Source: Chrysomallon squamiferum
Lineage: Eukaryota; Animalia; Mollusca
Reading direction: 5' to 3'
Assembly: GCA_012295275.1 (NCBI GenBank)
Contig: CM022669.1
Coordinates: 17,236,001 to 17,300,000 of the forward strand
Length of the DNA stretch: 64,000 nucleotides
The translations under genes and the position numbers were made by a program. How positions within the stretch are numbered: position 1 is the first letter of the stretch; every line of letters starts with the position of its first letter. Of this stretch, positions 14,623-41,021 are shown in pieces. The notes under the pieces are model-generated. The model was not told the DNA's origin. It saw nothing but the letters and a program-made list of their open reading frames with translations, and did no database searches.

Positions 14623-14984
14623 AAAGCTTGTATATATACTCATACTATATAATTCAGTTATTTTAAAATCTAACAACAGTTGTTTACAGATATTACTTAA
14701 AAAACAAAAATGAAATACCTGTCACGCACCTCAAGAAAATTCCCTGTACAAAACGTATATGCTTATTCTTCTTTGTTAATTATTTTCCACGTCACATTTT
14801 AAAATCCGCATTTAAATCATGCCCTTAACATATCGTTTATGTTAATTTAACTTTATAGTATTTGTTCTTATTACATAATTAAATTATTGTTCCCCATGGT
14901 AAGAGTAAAATTAGCTTGAATCTATTTGACATTCCCAAGTATTTTTGATAAAAGATTTTCAGTCTGTATATATATAGAGAGAGA

Positions 14985-15020
<36 letters not shown>

Positions 15021-15169
15021 TAATAAATAATAATAATAATAATAATAATAAAATAAATAAATAAATAAATAAATAAAATCAAAAAAAAAATCAAAAGTAA
15101 GATAAAAATAATATTCCTGCTAACCATTTCAAAGCTGCCATAACTTTTTAAACTTATTTATTTGCCTCG

Positions 15170-15207
<38 letters not shown>

Positions 15208-15706
15208 TAGAGCTTTGTGTATGCCTGCGTGCCTCACTGCTTGTGAGATTTTAAGATTTAAACTTGACTGTATAATATTTTTTTATCAAAGAGTATTTAA
15301 TTTTTCAGTCTTTAGAATTAATAAATATAAAAAATATCCACTTATGTAAAACGATGATACAGATATGTTTATTTATAAATTGTTTATCGCTGACTCAAGC
15401 AGTCATGAATTTTTGTGATTTCAAGAAAAAAATCGCCATATTGTTCTATAATATATTATGCTTAAAGCCACCTTAATCCAGGAACAGTTTCTTACATTTA
15501 TAAGAAGATGAACGATGAATAATAATTTTTAGGAAAAAGGTTTTTCTTTCTATAATTTGTTCTTCTGTTTTTTTAAAACAGTTGAATTGAAAGTATCGTC
15601 TGGTGATCAGAACACCAGTTTTCATATTCGTGGGTCTTTGACAATCAAAAATAGCTTTGCAATCGAGGTTTAAGCTATGAATATTTTGTTTTTGTTAAAT
15701 AAAGTG

Positions 15707-15841
15707 TCATTGGTTGGTCTATATATATGTCAACCAATGAAAACCATGCACACTAGAAACAATAATAGCTGAACTCATAGGGCCAGCTGACGACTGTTTT
15801 CGTTGACATTGGAGTTCTGTTAACTTATTTTTATAAATTAG
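15707..15841 (+). promoter_or_regulatory. Candidate promoter and first non-coding exon of the Rab11-FIP-like gene
   Basis: Inverted CCAAT pair TCATTGGTTG (15707-15716) / CAACCAATGA (15731-15740) around TATATATAT. Donor TAG|GTGAGT at 15842 lies upstream of the ATG-containing exon at 17260. Confidence 0.5.
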
Positions 15842-16834
15842 GTGAGTTTATAGTAATTATTTAGTACTTAGACAACGTGAAGGTGTGTATAGTCTCTGAA
15901 TGTGTCAAAAGTTCGACATTTATCGTTGCAGAATTAAATAAAAAGGGTCCAACGCGGAAGTGTTATGCTTTATGGTGTCACAGCGATGTCGGTGTCAACC
16001 TGGCAACTTTTTTTTTCACTCGGTCCAATAGGTTAGTCACGAATTTTGTGACTTTTACACTGGGGTTCACGTATACCTCAGTGTATAATATAATTTTTAC
16101 ATTATATTACTGAACTAAAATGAATACAAGAAATTCATTTTGATGACGAATTGAGCGCAAAAATTGTTGTTTTCTCACCAGTCTGTGTTTATGGTAATAC
16201 TTCTGTAATGTTGATACTTCATTTGCTGACAACGACACATCAAAGGATTCGTTATAGTTTTCTTATCTGTTTTCTTTTATGTTTTCTTTTATGTAAGGTT
16301 AATTGATGTTAAATAACTATGTTAAAAGTCCAACAAACACTGACATAAAAAAAAAAGAGAAAAAGAACAAAGAAAAGAAAGATGGTTATTATTATTCATT
16401 TATTGTTATATTTTATTTTATATAATATAGGATTTTTATTTTGTTGTTCAAGTTTTGTCTTGTGGGCAATCTCAATTAAAATAGTTTTTTCTTCAATAAC
16501 TCTGTACTATTAATAGTTTCACAATAATTTAGACATGACCAAGTAGTAATGCATGCTTGACCTTAAGTAAGCATTATTACACTTAGCATAATACTGTTAT
16601 TATGTTGTGACAATTATTCATGCATGAAGGCATGTAATGAACACTTTTCAGAAAAGGGGTGGGTTGAGGTATGACCCACATTGGAACTGGTACAATGTTA
16701 ACTACACATATTAGTCTGATTTTATTAAAATGAAATGAAATAGATAATTATAATAACAAAAATAAAAAACATCAGTATTACTGTTAATGTTTTGTGCTAA
16801 CTGTCAAATGATTGACAAGTTTCTACCATTTATT

Positions 16835-17155
16835 GTATTAAGTAAATTAATAATAAAGGATCAGAACTGTACTTAGTGGGATTGCCCAGAAAATTCAATA
16901 TTTTCTTAAGACAATTATTAAGAAGGACTACCCAAATAATTAATAATTTTACTAAGTAAATTAATATTATTTTGTATGAGTGTCAAGAATGTTTTTTTAA
17001 GACAATTAATAATAATGAAACAGAACTGTATTTGGGGTGTGAGTACCAACAAAAAAAATGTATTAAGTAAATTAATAATAATGAAACAACTCTGGTTGGT
17101 CTGAGGTCCAAGAAAATTAATAATTTTGTTAAGTAAATTAATAACGAAACAATGT
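16835..17155. repeat. Degenerate local repeat (core TAAGTAAATTAATAA...CAGAACTGTA)
   Basis: taagtaaattaata recurs at ~16839, 16953, 17064 and 17129; cagaactgta recurs at ~16862 and 17021. Confidence 0.7.
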
Positions 17156-17312
17156 ACCCATTGACCTCGCTACAAGAAAGAATGCACCTTCCAACATTCG
17201 ACAACAGGTAACACAGGTTTTTATTCATAGTTAAGTGAGCTTTTTTCTCTTCATTGCAGACCTTGAACACCTCATGTAAAATGCGACACAAGTAATAAGC
17301 TTCAAGTCTAAA

Positions 17313-29127
<11,815 letters not shown>

Positions 29128-30615
29128 CATTAGTCAGTAAAATCATTAATTAATGTACATTGTGGAATATCTATGTATATATATCGAAACTGAGGTATGA
29201 CGTAACACACACTTCACAACCCGTTGTTTATTATCGTATTTAATAACTTATTATATTCTGTAAGATTGGTTTTAAAATATGGGTTGAGGTATTTATGGGT
29301 TTTTTAACATTATGCACCAGTATTGTTAATTATTTTTTAAACCCCATCCACCCACAAAAAAAAAAAAAAAAAAAAAAAAAATGTATATAATGGTAATAAA
29401 ATGGAGTAAAATTTTTTTTAAACTTACAGTTCAAAAATTAGCACAAAAAAATATATATATTTTCGTCATTTTTTTTCTTCTTATAATATTTCATAAAACA
29501 TTGAGGGAAAAAAAGCTTAAAAACAAATAACATGAAAGTTGAATGTAATTAAAATAAAATAATGTTAAAAAGAACAAAAAATTTATTATATATCTTTCTG
29601 CTTCAAGAAGATTGATTAATATGCAACATGCAATAATATTTGTATTGTATTTTTGTAGAATAAATATTTAACTTACAAAACAAAACAAAAAAAAGACAAA
29701 AAAAAAAAAGAAGAAACAAAGCAGATTTTTTATTTATAAAATAAAATCTTCATATATATATATATATATATATATATAGATTATAAATATAATATTTTAC
29801 AAATTTTATAATAAAAGTATTTAAAATAATTTCAGTATACATGTATTTATATATTAAAGCAACATTTGTGCTAATTCTGAAAAATTTTACTTAGCTGTGT
29901 TAATCATTTGAAAAAATTAAAATACCCCCAAAATATAGTTGTTATTATTAAATCCAAAAAAAGAATTATTGAAAATTTGTCAAATAAATAAATAAATAAA
30001 TAGATAAAATAGGAAGTTTAATTGCAAAAATATTAATCCAAAAAAAAAAAAAAAAAAAAATTAAAAGTTGCTTGGTTTATGAATTTATGTATATATTAAT
30101 TAATAAATAAATTTAATTATATATGATAAAGAGATATATCTAAATATTATATTTCATATAAGTTTTGAACACACATTTATCATATTTGCTTAAACAATGA
30201 CAAGGGAGATAACTTGTGTGCTTCTTATATTGCATTGAGATCTGTTCTAAATAGAATTTATTTTTTATTCATTTATTTTATTTTTATTTTTATTTTTTTC
30301 ATCAGAATCTTAAAAATTAAGAATCTCCTGCTGAAAAATACAGTAAATGCATTTTTATGATTAGCTTTTATATTAATCATTATCAATAACCAAATATTTT
30401 TTCATTTTATAATTCAAAAAAAAAATTAATATGCTGTTTGTTGCCTCAAGTCTTTCAAAACAGCTGATAAAAGATTATGTAATTGTATTAAATAGATAAA
30501 ATGGATCAAATTAATAGGTTTAAATTAATTACATTAGATTTTTGTATTTATTCCTTTTTTCTTTTTTTTTAAATTCAGTTTTTGATTTGTTTTAATAGCT
30601 TTATCATCATTATTA

Positions 30616-30660
<45 letters not shown>

Positions 30661-31012
30661 TAATTTTTAGCAAAAATATATGATTATTGTGCACAATAGT
30701 TAATAAAAATTAGGTTCATGGTGAAATGCTGGCTAAATTAAAATATATGTTCATTTTAAACGATAAATACACAATTTGTATATGCAATTAATTTTCCTGC
30801 TGTTATTAGCTTCCTATTTTTCTACTGATCTTACTTCAGTGCCAGTATGATAATTATTTTAGACAGGGTATCTATTATACTGATAATTTCTGTCTAATGT
30901 TTAATCTACTTAAAAGAAAAAGATTTAGAAAAAAAACAACAACAACCTAATAATACCATTTATATGATATTAAAATAAATTACAGTTGATGATTTAAAAT
31001 TTCAGTACTGCT

Positions 31013-31087
<75 letters not shown>

Positions 31088-34000
31088 ATCTTTGGTGGCT
31101 TGGAAATCTGTTGTTAGCTAACATTTTCATAATGTTTTATATTTATATTTAAATCTTTGTACTCTTAATCTTTTTGTAATGTTACGTCTGTGTATATATC
31201 AGAACTGAACTGAACTTTATTTACATTTGGGTCGTAATTCAGGTACATGAACTCGTATGTATGAGAACCTGTATATGATGACTGTATGTGTCTGTCTGTC
31301 TGTCTGTCAGTGCTTATTCACAAGTTGGTATGTTATGATCAGATCTGTTTGGAATGGATTGATATTTTAAACAAACAGGGACAAATACTGTAAAGTAAAA
31401 TTACATCACTTTTTAGAAAGTAGAAGATTTGAATTACTGTTTTGTACAGAATCAGTATATTTTTATAAACAATTTACATCAATTAAGTAAATACTTAATC
31501 TGTATTAATGAGATTTTTCTATGAATTGTTTAGAAAATAATTTCTAGTATTAATGTTGTTATGGTATTTTTATTTTATTTTATTTTATTTTATTTTATTT
31601 TATTTTATTTATTTATTTTTTTGATTATTAAATTAAAATCTCTGTGTATTATTTTTATTTTATTTTATCCCTGGTGTATTTTATTATGTGTTTTTAAAAA
31701 ATATATTAACAATCGGATATAAACAGTTAAAGGAACTTTTTTAACTGAATACTTCACAAGTGTATTTTTTCTAAGTGATGTTTATACTCTTGTAAAAATG
31801 AAAATATATTTACAGTTTTCATAGTTGTCTGGTTGTGTCTCTGGATGGTGGGATCAAACATCTCATTTCATTTTTTATTCTTAAATTTTACATAATTTAA
31901 AGCTCCTTTAGATACTTTGTTTAAAACAAATAACATTTTCATATTAATATACATTAATTTCTAAACATCCAGCTTCGTAAATCCAGAATTTTTTTTTATT
32001 ACAAACTGAATATTTCCAATCTGATATAAATATTTATTATTTTTGTCACTAATTCTCCGTTTATGTATTGATGGGTCACATTTAATTATTCTGTCTATGT
32101 TACTCCATTTTTATTTTTGCTTCTGTTTGATTCCATTTAATCGAATTTGACTTTTCTTTTTTTAATTCAGACTTTATTTTCTTTATTTTGAATTTCATTT
32201 CGCTGTTATTTCTTTTGGTTTTTTCTAAAATGAACAAATTTTACTTTGTGTTTTTAATCCATTTTTTCAAAATTGTTTATACTTTGTTGATTGGTTGTTA
32301 TTTTTTGCTTTTTTTCCCAAGAAAAAATATTCCCATTTCATCTCCTTTCCCCACCCACCCCCACCTTTCAGAATGGAATAATAATTTTCCCAGAATGTAG
32401 AATGAAAGTGCAATTAATTAAATATGAATTTTTATATAAATACCTTAGCTCTTTGTGCATATTGATGCATCAGTAACTTTAGACATCTTTATCTGTCAGA
32501 ATCAATATATATATATATATATTTATATATATATTATGAATAATATTGTTGTTTTATTTAATCTAAAAACAACAATTTGAAAATAAGTCCATTGAAAACA
32601 AAATATTGTATAAATATTAATGTTCAAGGTTTACTAGTCAAATCATGAAACGTGAATTAGCTCTTCTTTTTTTTTAAATTTATTTAACCTCTTTCCACCT
32701 CCCCCTCCATCTCTCCCTCTTCCCTTTTCTTCCCTTTTCCCATTATTTATTAAACTCCAGCATTTTGTTTTTCTTTTCTTTTGTTTATATACTTATTTAA
32801 TTTTTATTTTTATTTTTTATCATTCATGTACAATGTTGTTTTTTTTTCTTTTCTTTTTGAATTAAACACTATTTCATCTCTGCCTCATAGACTTTGAGTT
32901 GCAGGGAATTCTTTTTTCTTTTCTATTCCTTTTTCTTTTCTGTTTTTGTGTTAGTTATAAATTTATAACTGTTTCTTTTATTCATGTTCTAGTTGTGAAA
33001 TTCTGTTTTATAATAATAATCATGTGAAATCAATTTTTTTAATTTTCACCATGTTTTTGTTTCATTTTCTTATGAATGTTATTTATAGATCAAGTATGAA
33101 TGTTAGTTTAAGAATTTAAACAATTTATGTTTTCTGTGATATTAACTGGTTTTGAACATTATATTTGGATATATATACATGTGTGGGAGATAGTACACAC
33201 TTGTAAAAATTTATAAATCTGATAGTTGTGGAGTAGGATTCAGTTAAAAATATAATGAAGCCTGTGTTAAATGTTTGAACTGTAATCATTCACCTACCTT
33301 AACATTTATGAATTTAAAAATCTGAAAATGATTGTAATAACTTTTTTAATCTCAGACTTCTTTTTAAAAAAAATTGAGTATCTTACTTAGTTAAATTTTT
33401 GATAATTTTTATTTTCTTGCCAAATTTACCTATTCTCAGTCTATTTATTTATTTAATCTTTTAATTTTGTTTATTTATTTTTATTTTTTATTTTTTTCAC
33501 TCATTATTAACCTTCTCTTTAATCACAAAATATATTAATAATGGGGGAATTTGGAAAAACATATATATATATTTATTAATTTTTTAATTGTTTTATTTTT
33601 TTTATACATTTACATTTGTAACAATGTGTATGCAGGGAATGTATGAGGGTTATCCATTTATTTCAAATACTGGTTTTAGGTTTTCATAGTATTTATTTTA
33701 TATTACACATCATTGTGTTTATACATAATTATCTGTGTATTGAAACAGTTGTATCCAGTAGATTGTATCTACAAAATTTATATATTTAGAAATTTATATA
33801 AACAAAAATTTTTTTTTTTTTAATTTATTTATCTTCTGGTTTGTTGCATAAATCAAACCAAAAAAAGAGTAAAAAGTAAATTTCAAAAAAAAAAAATATA
33901 TATATGGTGAAATAAAAAAAAATTAAATACAATATTTACAAAATTAAAAAAAAAAAGAAGATAGAAAAGGAAGATATTTGAAAAAAAAGCTGTAAAAGGA

Positions 34001-34553
34001 TAAATTTGAAAAAAAAAAAAATTATAAAAAATATATATATCTAAAAAAAAATTAAATAAAAATTAAAACACACTGAAAATTAATAATTTAAATCAAATGG
34101 GCTACATAAATAATTTTTTTTTTTTTTTTTCCAAAACTCTTAAATTCCACCATTTTTGTTTTTCAGATCATTTGCAGTTTGCTATTATTGCTTTCTTCAT
34201 TAGCTGCTTAAGAAAATATGCAGTATTTATTTAGAAAAGTTTTTGTGTTATTTATTTTTTTACTTAAAACTGTAAATTGTTATGTGATGTATATAAATGT
34301 TGACGTGAACTAAAAAGCTATGATTACATCATGTTTTTGTGTCACAGTCTTCCAGATTAAGCAGCAGTAAATTCATGTAGTCATTTTACTTCTTGAGTTT
34401 GTTGGTTTTTTCATGTACTACCATGTATTTTATCAGGTAACCAATCCTTTTGACACTGCATGCTCAAACTGATGATAAATATTGAAGAAGAATAATCTCA
34501 GTTACCAATTGGAATTTTGAACTACAGATACTATCATCATCATCATCAACATT

Positions 34554-34590
<37 letters not shown>

Positions 34591-34664
34591 CCTTCATTAT
34601 TATTATTTTTATTTATTATTTATTATTATTATTATTTATTTTTTGTTATTTTATAATATTTATT

Positions 34665-34715
<51 letters not shown>

Positions 34716-34891
34716 GTTATTATTATTATTTAAAATTATGTTCACATGTACAAATATTTATGAAAAAGTAAAAGATAATTATTAACATGTTAACATGTAA
34801 TGTCATTTGCTGACAAAATTCTTCTAAAGTGATTTCTTGGTCAGTCTCATCATGGATTCACTATCTGGTGTATGTATTATCATGTCCAACA

Positions 34892-35030
34892 CTTAGCAGC
34901 AAGATACCAATATATCAACCATGCCATAGACAGGAAAGTGCTCATTTTGACAAGCAAATAATGGAGAAGTGGTTGGAACAGGCATATACTATGGAGGACA
35001 GATCCACTAACCCATTATGGCTCAGGCCAG
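34892..35030 (-). mobile_element. Degenerate SINE relic
   Basis: ttagcagcaag...atagacaggaaagtgc...gtggttggaac...gatccac..acccat, same motif order as 51810-52222. Confidence 0.4.
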
Positions 35031-37538
35031 CAGAATTTTATTGCAACAGTATAATAATGAGGTGGGTTTTTTTAAATTTAATGTGTCATTAACAAAACAC
35101 TCATTAATGAAGTTCTAGGTTTTCTGTAATGTGTAAAGTTAGTTGTAGTTTTTACTGATAAAACATTCACTATGGCTGCAGCATTTGGTCTCCAGTACTC
35201 TACTCTACTGCATCAGGTCTAAAATATTAAACACAGTGTGTTATGTCTTAAACATGATTGATGACAACAACAGATAAAAATATATTAATGTATAAAGTTT
35301 TCTCAGTGTATATAGTTATTTAGAATAAATAAATAAATAAATAAATCTAGATTAACATCTTTAATGTGAATGTGTTATTAAAAAGTTTTCATTTATCAAG
35401 ATCGACAGATCTGTAATGAATAATGTTAATGTATAATGTTAATTGTTATTCTCTTTGATAAAATATCTTACAAATGTCTGTGTGACACTGTACAATTGTA
35501 GTTCCATCAGTTACACTCTTAACACAACATTTTTGTCAGTGAAGTGGATGGCAGTTGTCCAACACACAAAAATGAGTCAGTGTGTCACTGACAGTAACAG
35601 ATTAATAATAATTTAAAAAATGTGTCAGCTGTCATTAATTAAATCATTCATTCATCTTGACTGACAGCAATGTGTTGAGTTTTTAACAGAAGATGTGTAT
35701 CAGCATGTTTAACTGAATGGAGCATGTAGATGGTAGTTTTGTGTTGAACTATGTGAGCATGTCCAAGATCAGTCTTTTGTATATGCAGTTCATTTATCAA
35801 TTCTTTTGTAGAAAAATTAAAATAATAATGATTTTGATAAACCAGACACTGAAATGAATGTTTATTAAATTTAGTACTAACCCTCCCAAAAACAACAAAG
35901 AACAACTTCTGTTGTTGGTTTTCAAACTACTGTACCAGACTGAAAAACCAGGCATACAGAATAATCAAAGGGATTAAAAGGTCTGACCCATAGAACACAG
36001 TATTTAATTTAATCAATGTTTTAAAGTTACATTACTTTACTATTAGATGGACCTTTCTGCTAGCATGGCTGCATCTTCTAAGCATATTGTATATGTAGAT
36101 GTAGCACATAAATAATTTTTATAATAGAAGACCATTATTTCATATATAAATGAAAAATTATACATGTAGTGCATAAACATAATATAATAACAGAAGACAA
36201 AAACAAAGGTTTATATTAGATTGTGTTTATTAGGCATGGTAAACATTAATTGTCTGGTGAATCATCTTATCAAACATTGGGAAGAGGTTGTATGTAAATG
36301 GGGAAAGAAAAAAAAAAACACACATTAGAACACATCAGGTAATTGAGGACACCAAAGAACAGATTATGTTTTATTATTATTAAACTGTTTTCTTATAATT
36401 AAATTTTGTTTGAAAGACAACATACATTTTACATAAAACTGCTGTTAATATTCTATGTGTTATTTTTAACATTTACTCAACATTATCATCATTAAAAAGA
36501 CTTCGTCCTACATGCATGAAAACATTTAGTATAAAGATATGTCCAACACAGACAACACTTTTTTTTTTTTTAAACAGACATTCTATTATTTTTTGGTTCA
36601 ATAATTGAATTCATTGTTTATTAAAACATCACAAATAAAACTAAAGTTTATGTAGTAAGCAAATATTAAAAAATGATTGGCATATCTGTAATTAAATTTG
36701 TAAAGTATATGAGTATTAATCTCAAATAATAATACTAACAACAACAATAATAAATAATTGAACTGTCAGTTTACATCCCAGTGATAGATAAATTCAAAAC
36801 CTATATTTATACAGTGATTTCAAATGCAGTTGTGCATTTTCTGGACATATCTTTTCTAAAGGTTAATACTATTTTTCAGTTTCTGCTTATAATGAAAAGG
36901 ATTTAGTTAGACTGCTGTAAATCAACATCATCTTTTCAAAAAGAAAAACAAAAGCACCAAACGAAAAGACGTAAGGAAGAAAAGAAAAGAAATAACCATT
37001 TTATTGAGCTTAACATAAAAACAGCATCAATTTTAATTATCTTCAATGGTGTAGCCATTATTGTTTTGCTTCTGAGGAAAAGACTTGCAGAAATTGGTTA
37101 TACTTTCACTTCAAACATTATCACACAATCCAAACCATTGACAATACTCAACCTTTGAGTTCTGGCTTAGCCAATTTAATGTACATTCCAAGTTCTATAC
37201 TATACTTAAATGTCAACATCTGCACTTATTTGTTTCAATCAGAATTGGCATGTAGATTACCTGTTTCTTTTTTCGAAATATATTTTTATTAGTAAAATTG
37301 TTCAGATGTGCTCTGACAATAACAATCAGTTTTATTCAGACAGAAGAGAAAAAGAACATTAATAAAAAAAAAAAAAACAAAAACGAATACATGCTAACAT
37401 CCTCTGTACTAAACTAAACACACCTAAAATTGAAAACTAAACATTCTCCCTGACTTCTAATTTCTTTAATTTTTAAAAAGTTACTCATTTATGATATCAC
37501 AGAATGAAAAAAATATGAAAAAAAAATATATAAAACAA

Positions 37539-37579
<41 letters not shown>

Positions 37580-39194
37580 AAAAGTTAAAGAAATAAAAAT
37601 GCATTTCATATGATTACAATATCACAAAAAAATATAACAAAAAATTACATTATCAGTGTATAAAGATTATATTGCACATTAAATAACTGTAAATACTAAG
37701 TGTGTTCATACACACAAACAATCATATTAATTTAATATTTTTATCTAATAAGCTAGCTTTCTAAAATTTGTTTTAATTACAGTAAATACAACTAGACTAC
37801 TTTTTGAAAATAATCCATTCTTATTTTATTCTAATTTTACAGCACTGTTTTAAACCTGTAATCTTTTTCTTTCTCTCTCTGTTTTGTTCATAAATTTGTT
37901 TAAATAATGGAATTCATATTTTTAAATAACAAAAACTAATATACAAATCTAAACTGAGGAATATAATCCATTAGCATACAGAAGACTGTCTATATAAGTG
38001 AACTATTACATTTCTTTCAAACAGAATTCAAAAATATAATAATTATTATAAAAATTAAATTAAAAAAAAAAGAAGAAGAAAGGAAGAAAAAAAAACAGAC
38101 ATCAGTTATTCTTAAACTGTTTTTTTGTACACAATTAGCATTCTATATAAAAGAAAGTACATAAGTTTAAATTATGCTTAAAACTGCAAGTTTATGACAC
38201 TCCAACTTAGACATTGTCAAGCATACCTTTTTATTATTATTATTATTATTTTTTAGATCTAAATTATGCTTATGTATTTGCATTGTTAATCTAACATTCA
38301 GACAAATGTTTTCCATCATCTTAAAAAAAAAAATTTAGATTAAAAAAAAAAACAGAATAAAACAAAATTTTAAAAAAATTGTTCATTTTTTTTTTTTTTT
38401 TCTTAATTTATTTGGTCTGAAAATGATAGCTATTCAGGTAAATGGATATACACCAGATTTTTGATAAAAATAATTTTAAAATATTTTTTCAATCTTTGCT
38501 GTATGGTAAATAAATGGAATATTTGTTTAAAAAAAAAAAAAATAATAATAAACAAATTTTTAAAAAATTATTTATTCTAAAGTAAAAATTATTTTTATTA
38601 AACTGTATTTATATATCATATCAATTTTTAAATTGTTTTTCTTTTAAATTTGTATACAATTATTTTAGTTAGTCTTTCAAAAACATCATAAGCATGTTAT
38701 TGTGGGAACAAAAACAACCAAAATTTTTATTAGTAAAATATTAAATAATAATAAATAATAAATAATAATAATAACAATTTGAATAAGAAATTAAAGCGGC
38801 AACATTATTATCACAATCAAATTTTAAAAAATTAACACATGAAGAATAAAAAGGTTAGTTTCTACTTTTTCAATGGGAGACTTTTTTTTTTTTAGGGAAG
38901 GGTGTAAATTAAAGGTACTAGGGGCTCACAACATTCATAAGTACTCTTAAACTTGTAAGAGTTCAAAGTCAAACACACAAGTACATTTTGATACATATAT
39001 ATATATATATCATTATTCATGTACATTATTTACTGTTAATTACGATGTACACATACAAATTAAAGTTAGTTTGTCACCTCCAGTGCAAGCAGCATATTGT
39101 ACTTCATTTAAATGCATTACAACAATCCAGTGATAGTTTTTTTTTTTTTATCTGTGATTTCATTATCAAACATTCTGCCCATTGGTGGTCACTC

Positions 39195-39369
39195 ACATTT
39201 AAAAAGGAATGTTTCAGAAAAACACACAACATTAAACTTCTCTCTCTCTCTCACACACTGATTATTAACTGTTAATTACATTTAAAAAGGAATGTTTCAG
39301 AAAAACACACAACATTAAACTTCTCTCTCTCTCTCTCTCTCACACACTGATTATTAACTGTTAATTACA
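39195..39369. repeat. Near-perfect tandem duplication (83- and 89-bp units) differing only in an internal (CT)n length
   Basis: acatttaaaaaggaatgtttcagaaaaacacacaacattaaactt(ct)n cacacactgattattaactgttaatt starts at 39195 and again at 39278. Confidence 0.95.
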
Positions 39370-40839
39370 AATGAGGCATACAGTGGCGGTTTTAAAAACT
39401 TTGTTTCTTAAGATGTACTTCATTTCCACCATTTGTTTCAAACAGGTGTTTATTTATATGTGTAATAATAACAGTAATAATAACACTGCTGTACATTAAC
39501 AATGTGTTTTAAATTCTAGTCTGTTAAAAAGCAGATTCCCTTGTCAAAAAATTCATGCAAAGAACCATCCAGCAAACATCTAGACATGAATGTTGATATA
39601 AACATCAGGCATACGTAGGCAATTTCTGTTCTTTTTTTTTACGCTCCAACTTATTGAAGAAGAAAAAGCACACATTTGGCCTTGCTCTTTGATAAATGGT
39701 TAAATGTTAAATGCAAAAAAAAAAAAATAATAACAAAAAAAAAATCCTTTTGTTGTTGTTGTTGTTGTATTTTATAAATATATGAACACACCATTAATGA
39801 AAGTAATATGCAGTTGTAAGCAACTGAAGTTAACACTGCGTAATTTTACACACTGAAATTGTAATTTCTGTCTGAGGTGACCTCTGGAGGTCAAACTCAA
39901 AAACCCTGATTTACTTTGTTGTTGTTATTGTTGTATTCACGGAGACAGTTATTTATAACCAAGAGCAATGGTTGTAGATGAGTTCTCAACCACAACAATG
40001 GTTGACAGTGCATAACACATTACATATGTACTGAAGAGAAATAACAAGAAGCTTCCATACAGAAATAATTCTAGAACTTGTCTTCATTCACAAATAATAT
40101 TAACCTTCTTTCAAAATCATTCAAGCCTTTAGTTTTGGCAGAATCCAATACAGTTTCCTTTCACAAGTTCTTCTTCGAGAATATTCCTTTTTCAGCAGAT
40201 TTCTAGAATCATACAAAGTCAAGAGAATTTTAACAATATAAATATTTATCAAATTTTGCAATATTCTAGAATATTTCCTTTTCTTCTATTCCCTCAAAAT
40301 TTCAACAATTTATTTTTCAATTCTTCAAATTTCTTTATTTCTATGATACTCTAGAATTTTCTCATTCCACAGGTCATGTTCCATTCAACAAAAAGTTTTC
40401 ACTTATATATTTTTTCAAAAAAACCTTTTCAACTATGAAATATTCAGAAATTCTGCCGTTATTTAATCATATTTCTGTAACATCCTAGAAATCTCTTCAA
40501 TTTTGCCAAATCTTTTCCTGATCTTTCTTAATCCTAGAAAATGAATCTTTCATCAATTTTATTCTTCCATCAATTAATGTTTTGTCAATTTTATTCCTCT
40601 GCTGTATTCAGGACCATCATTTCTTGATAAATGTTTTTCGCTTCCAGCAAACATTTTAAAAGTTAATTTTTTTCATTTTACAAAATTTCTTCATCTAAAG
40701 CATATCCCACAGTTCTCTCTGTGACCAGTCATAACACCAAGTTACAAATAATTGTGTCCATGACTTGAGACTCAGAATAGAACAATTATTATTATCATTG
40801 TCTAAAATATTATGCACTGTTTAACGAATACTGACAGAT

Positions 40840-40911
40840 CTATAAATAATGAGGTGTGTCCTGTCCTGTTAGTAAGCGAAATATTGATGTCGGCATTGTT
40901 TTCATGTGAAT
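40840..40911 (-). CDS. lin-10: Mint/LIN-10 terminal exon ([23 protein letters not shown])
   Basis: poly-T cag| acceptor, TAG stop, conserved C-terminal PxY(I/L) tail. Confidence 0.95.
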   Translation of the reverse strand: MHMKTMPTSIFRLLTGQDTPHYL

Positions 40912-40970
40912 CTGAAAAAAAAAAAAAAAAAATTCATTAAGAAAAAAAAAAAAAAAAAATGTATGTGTGC

Positions 40971-41021
<51 letters not shown>

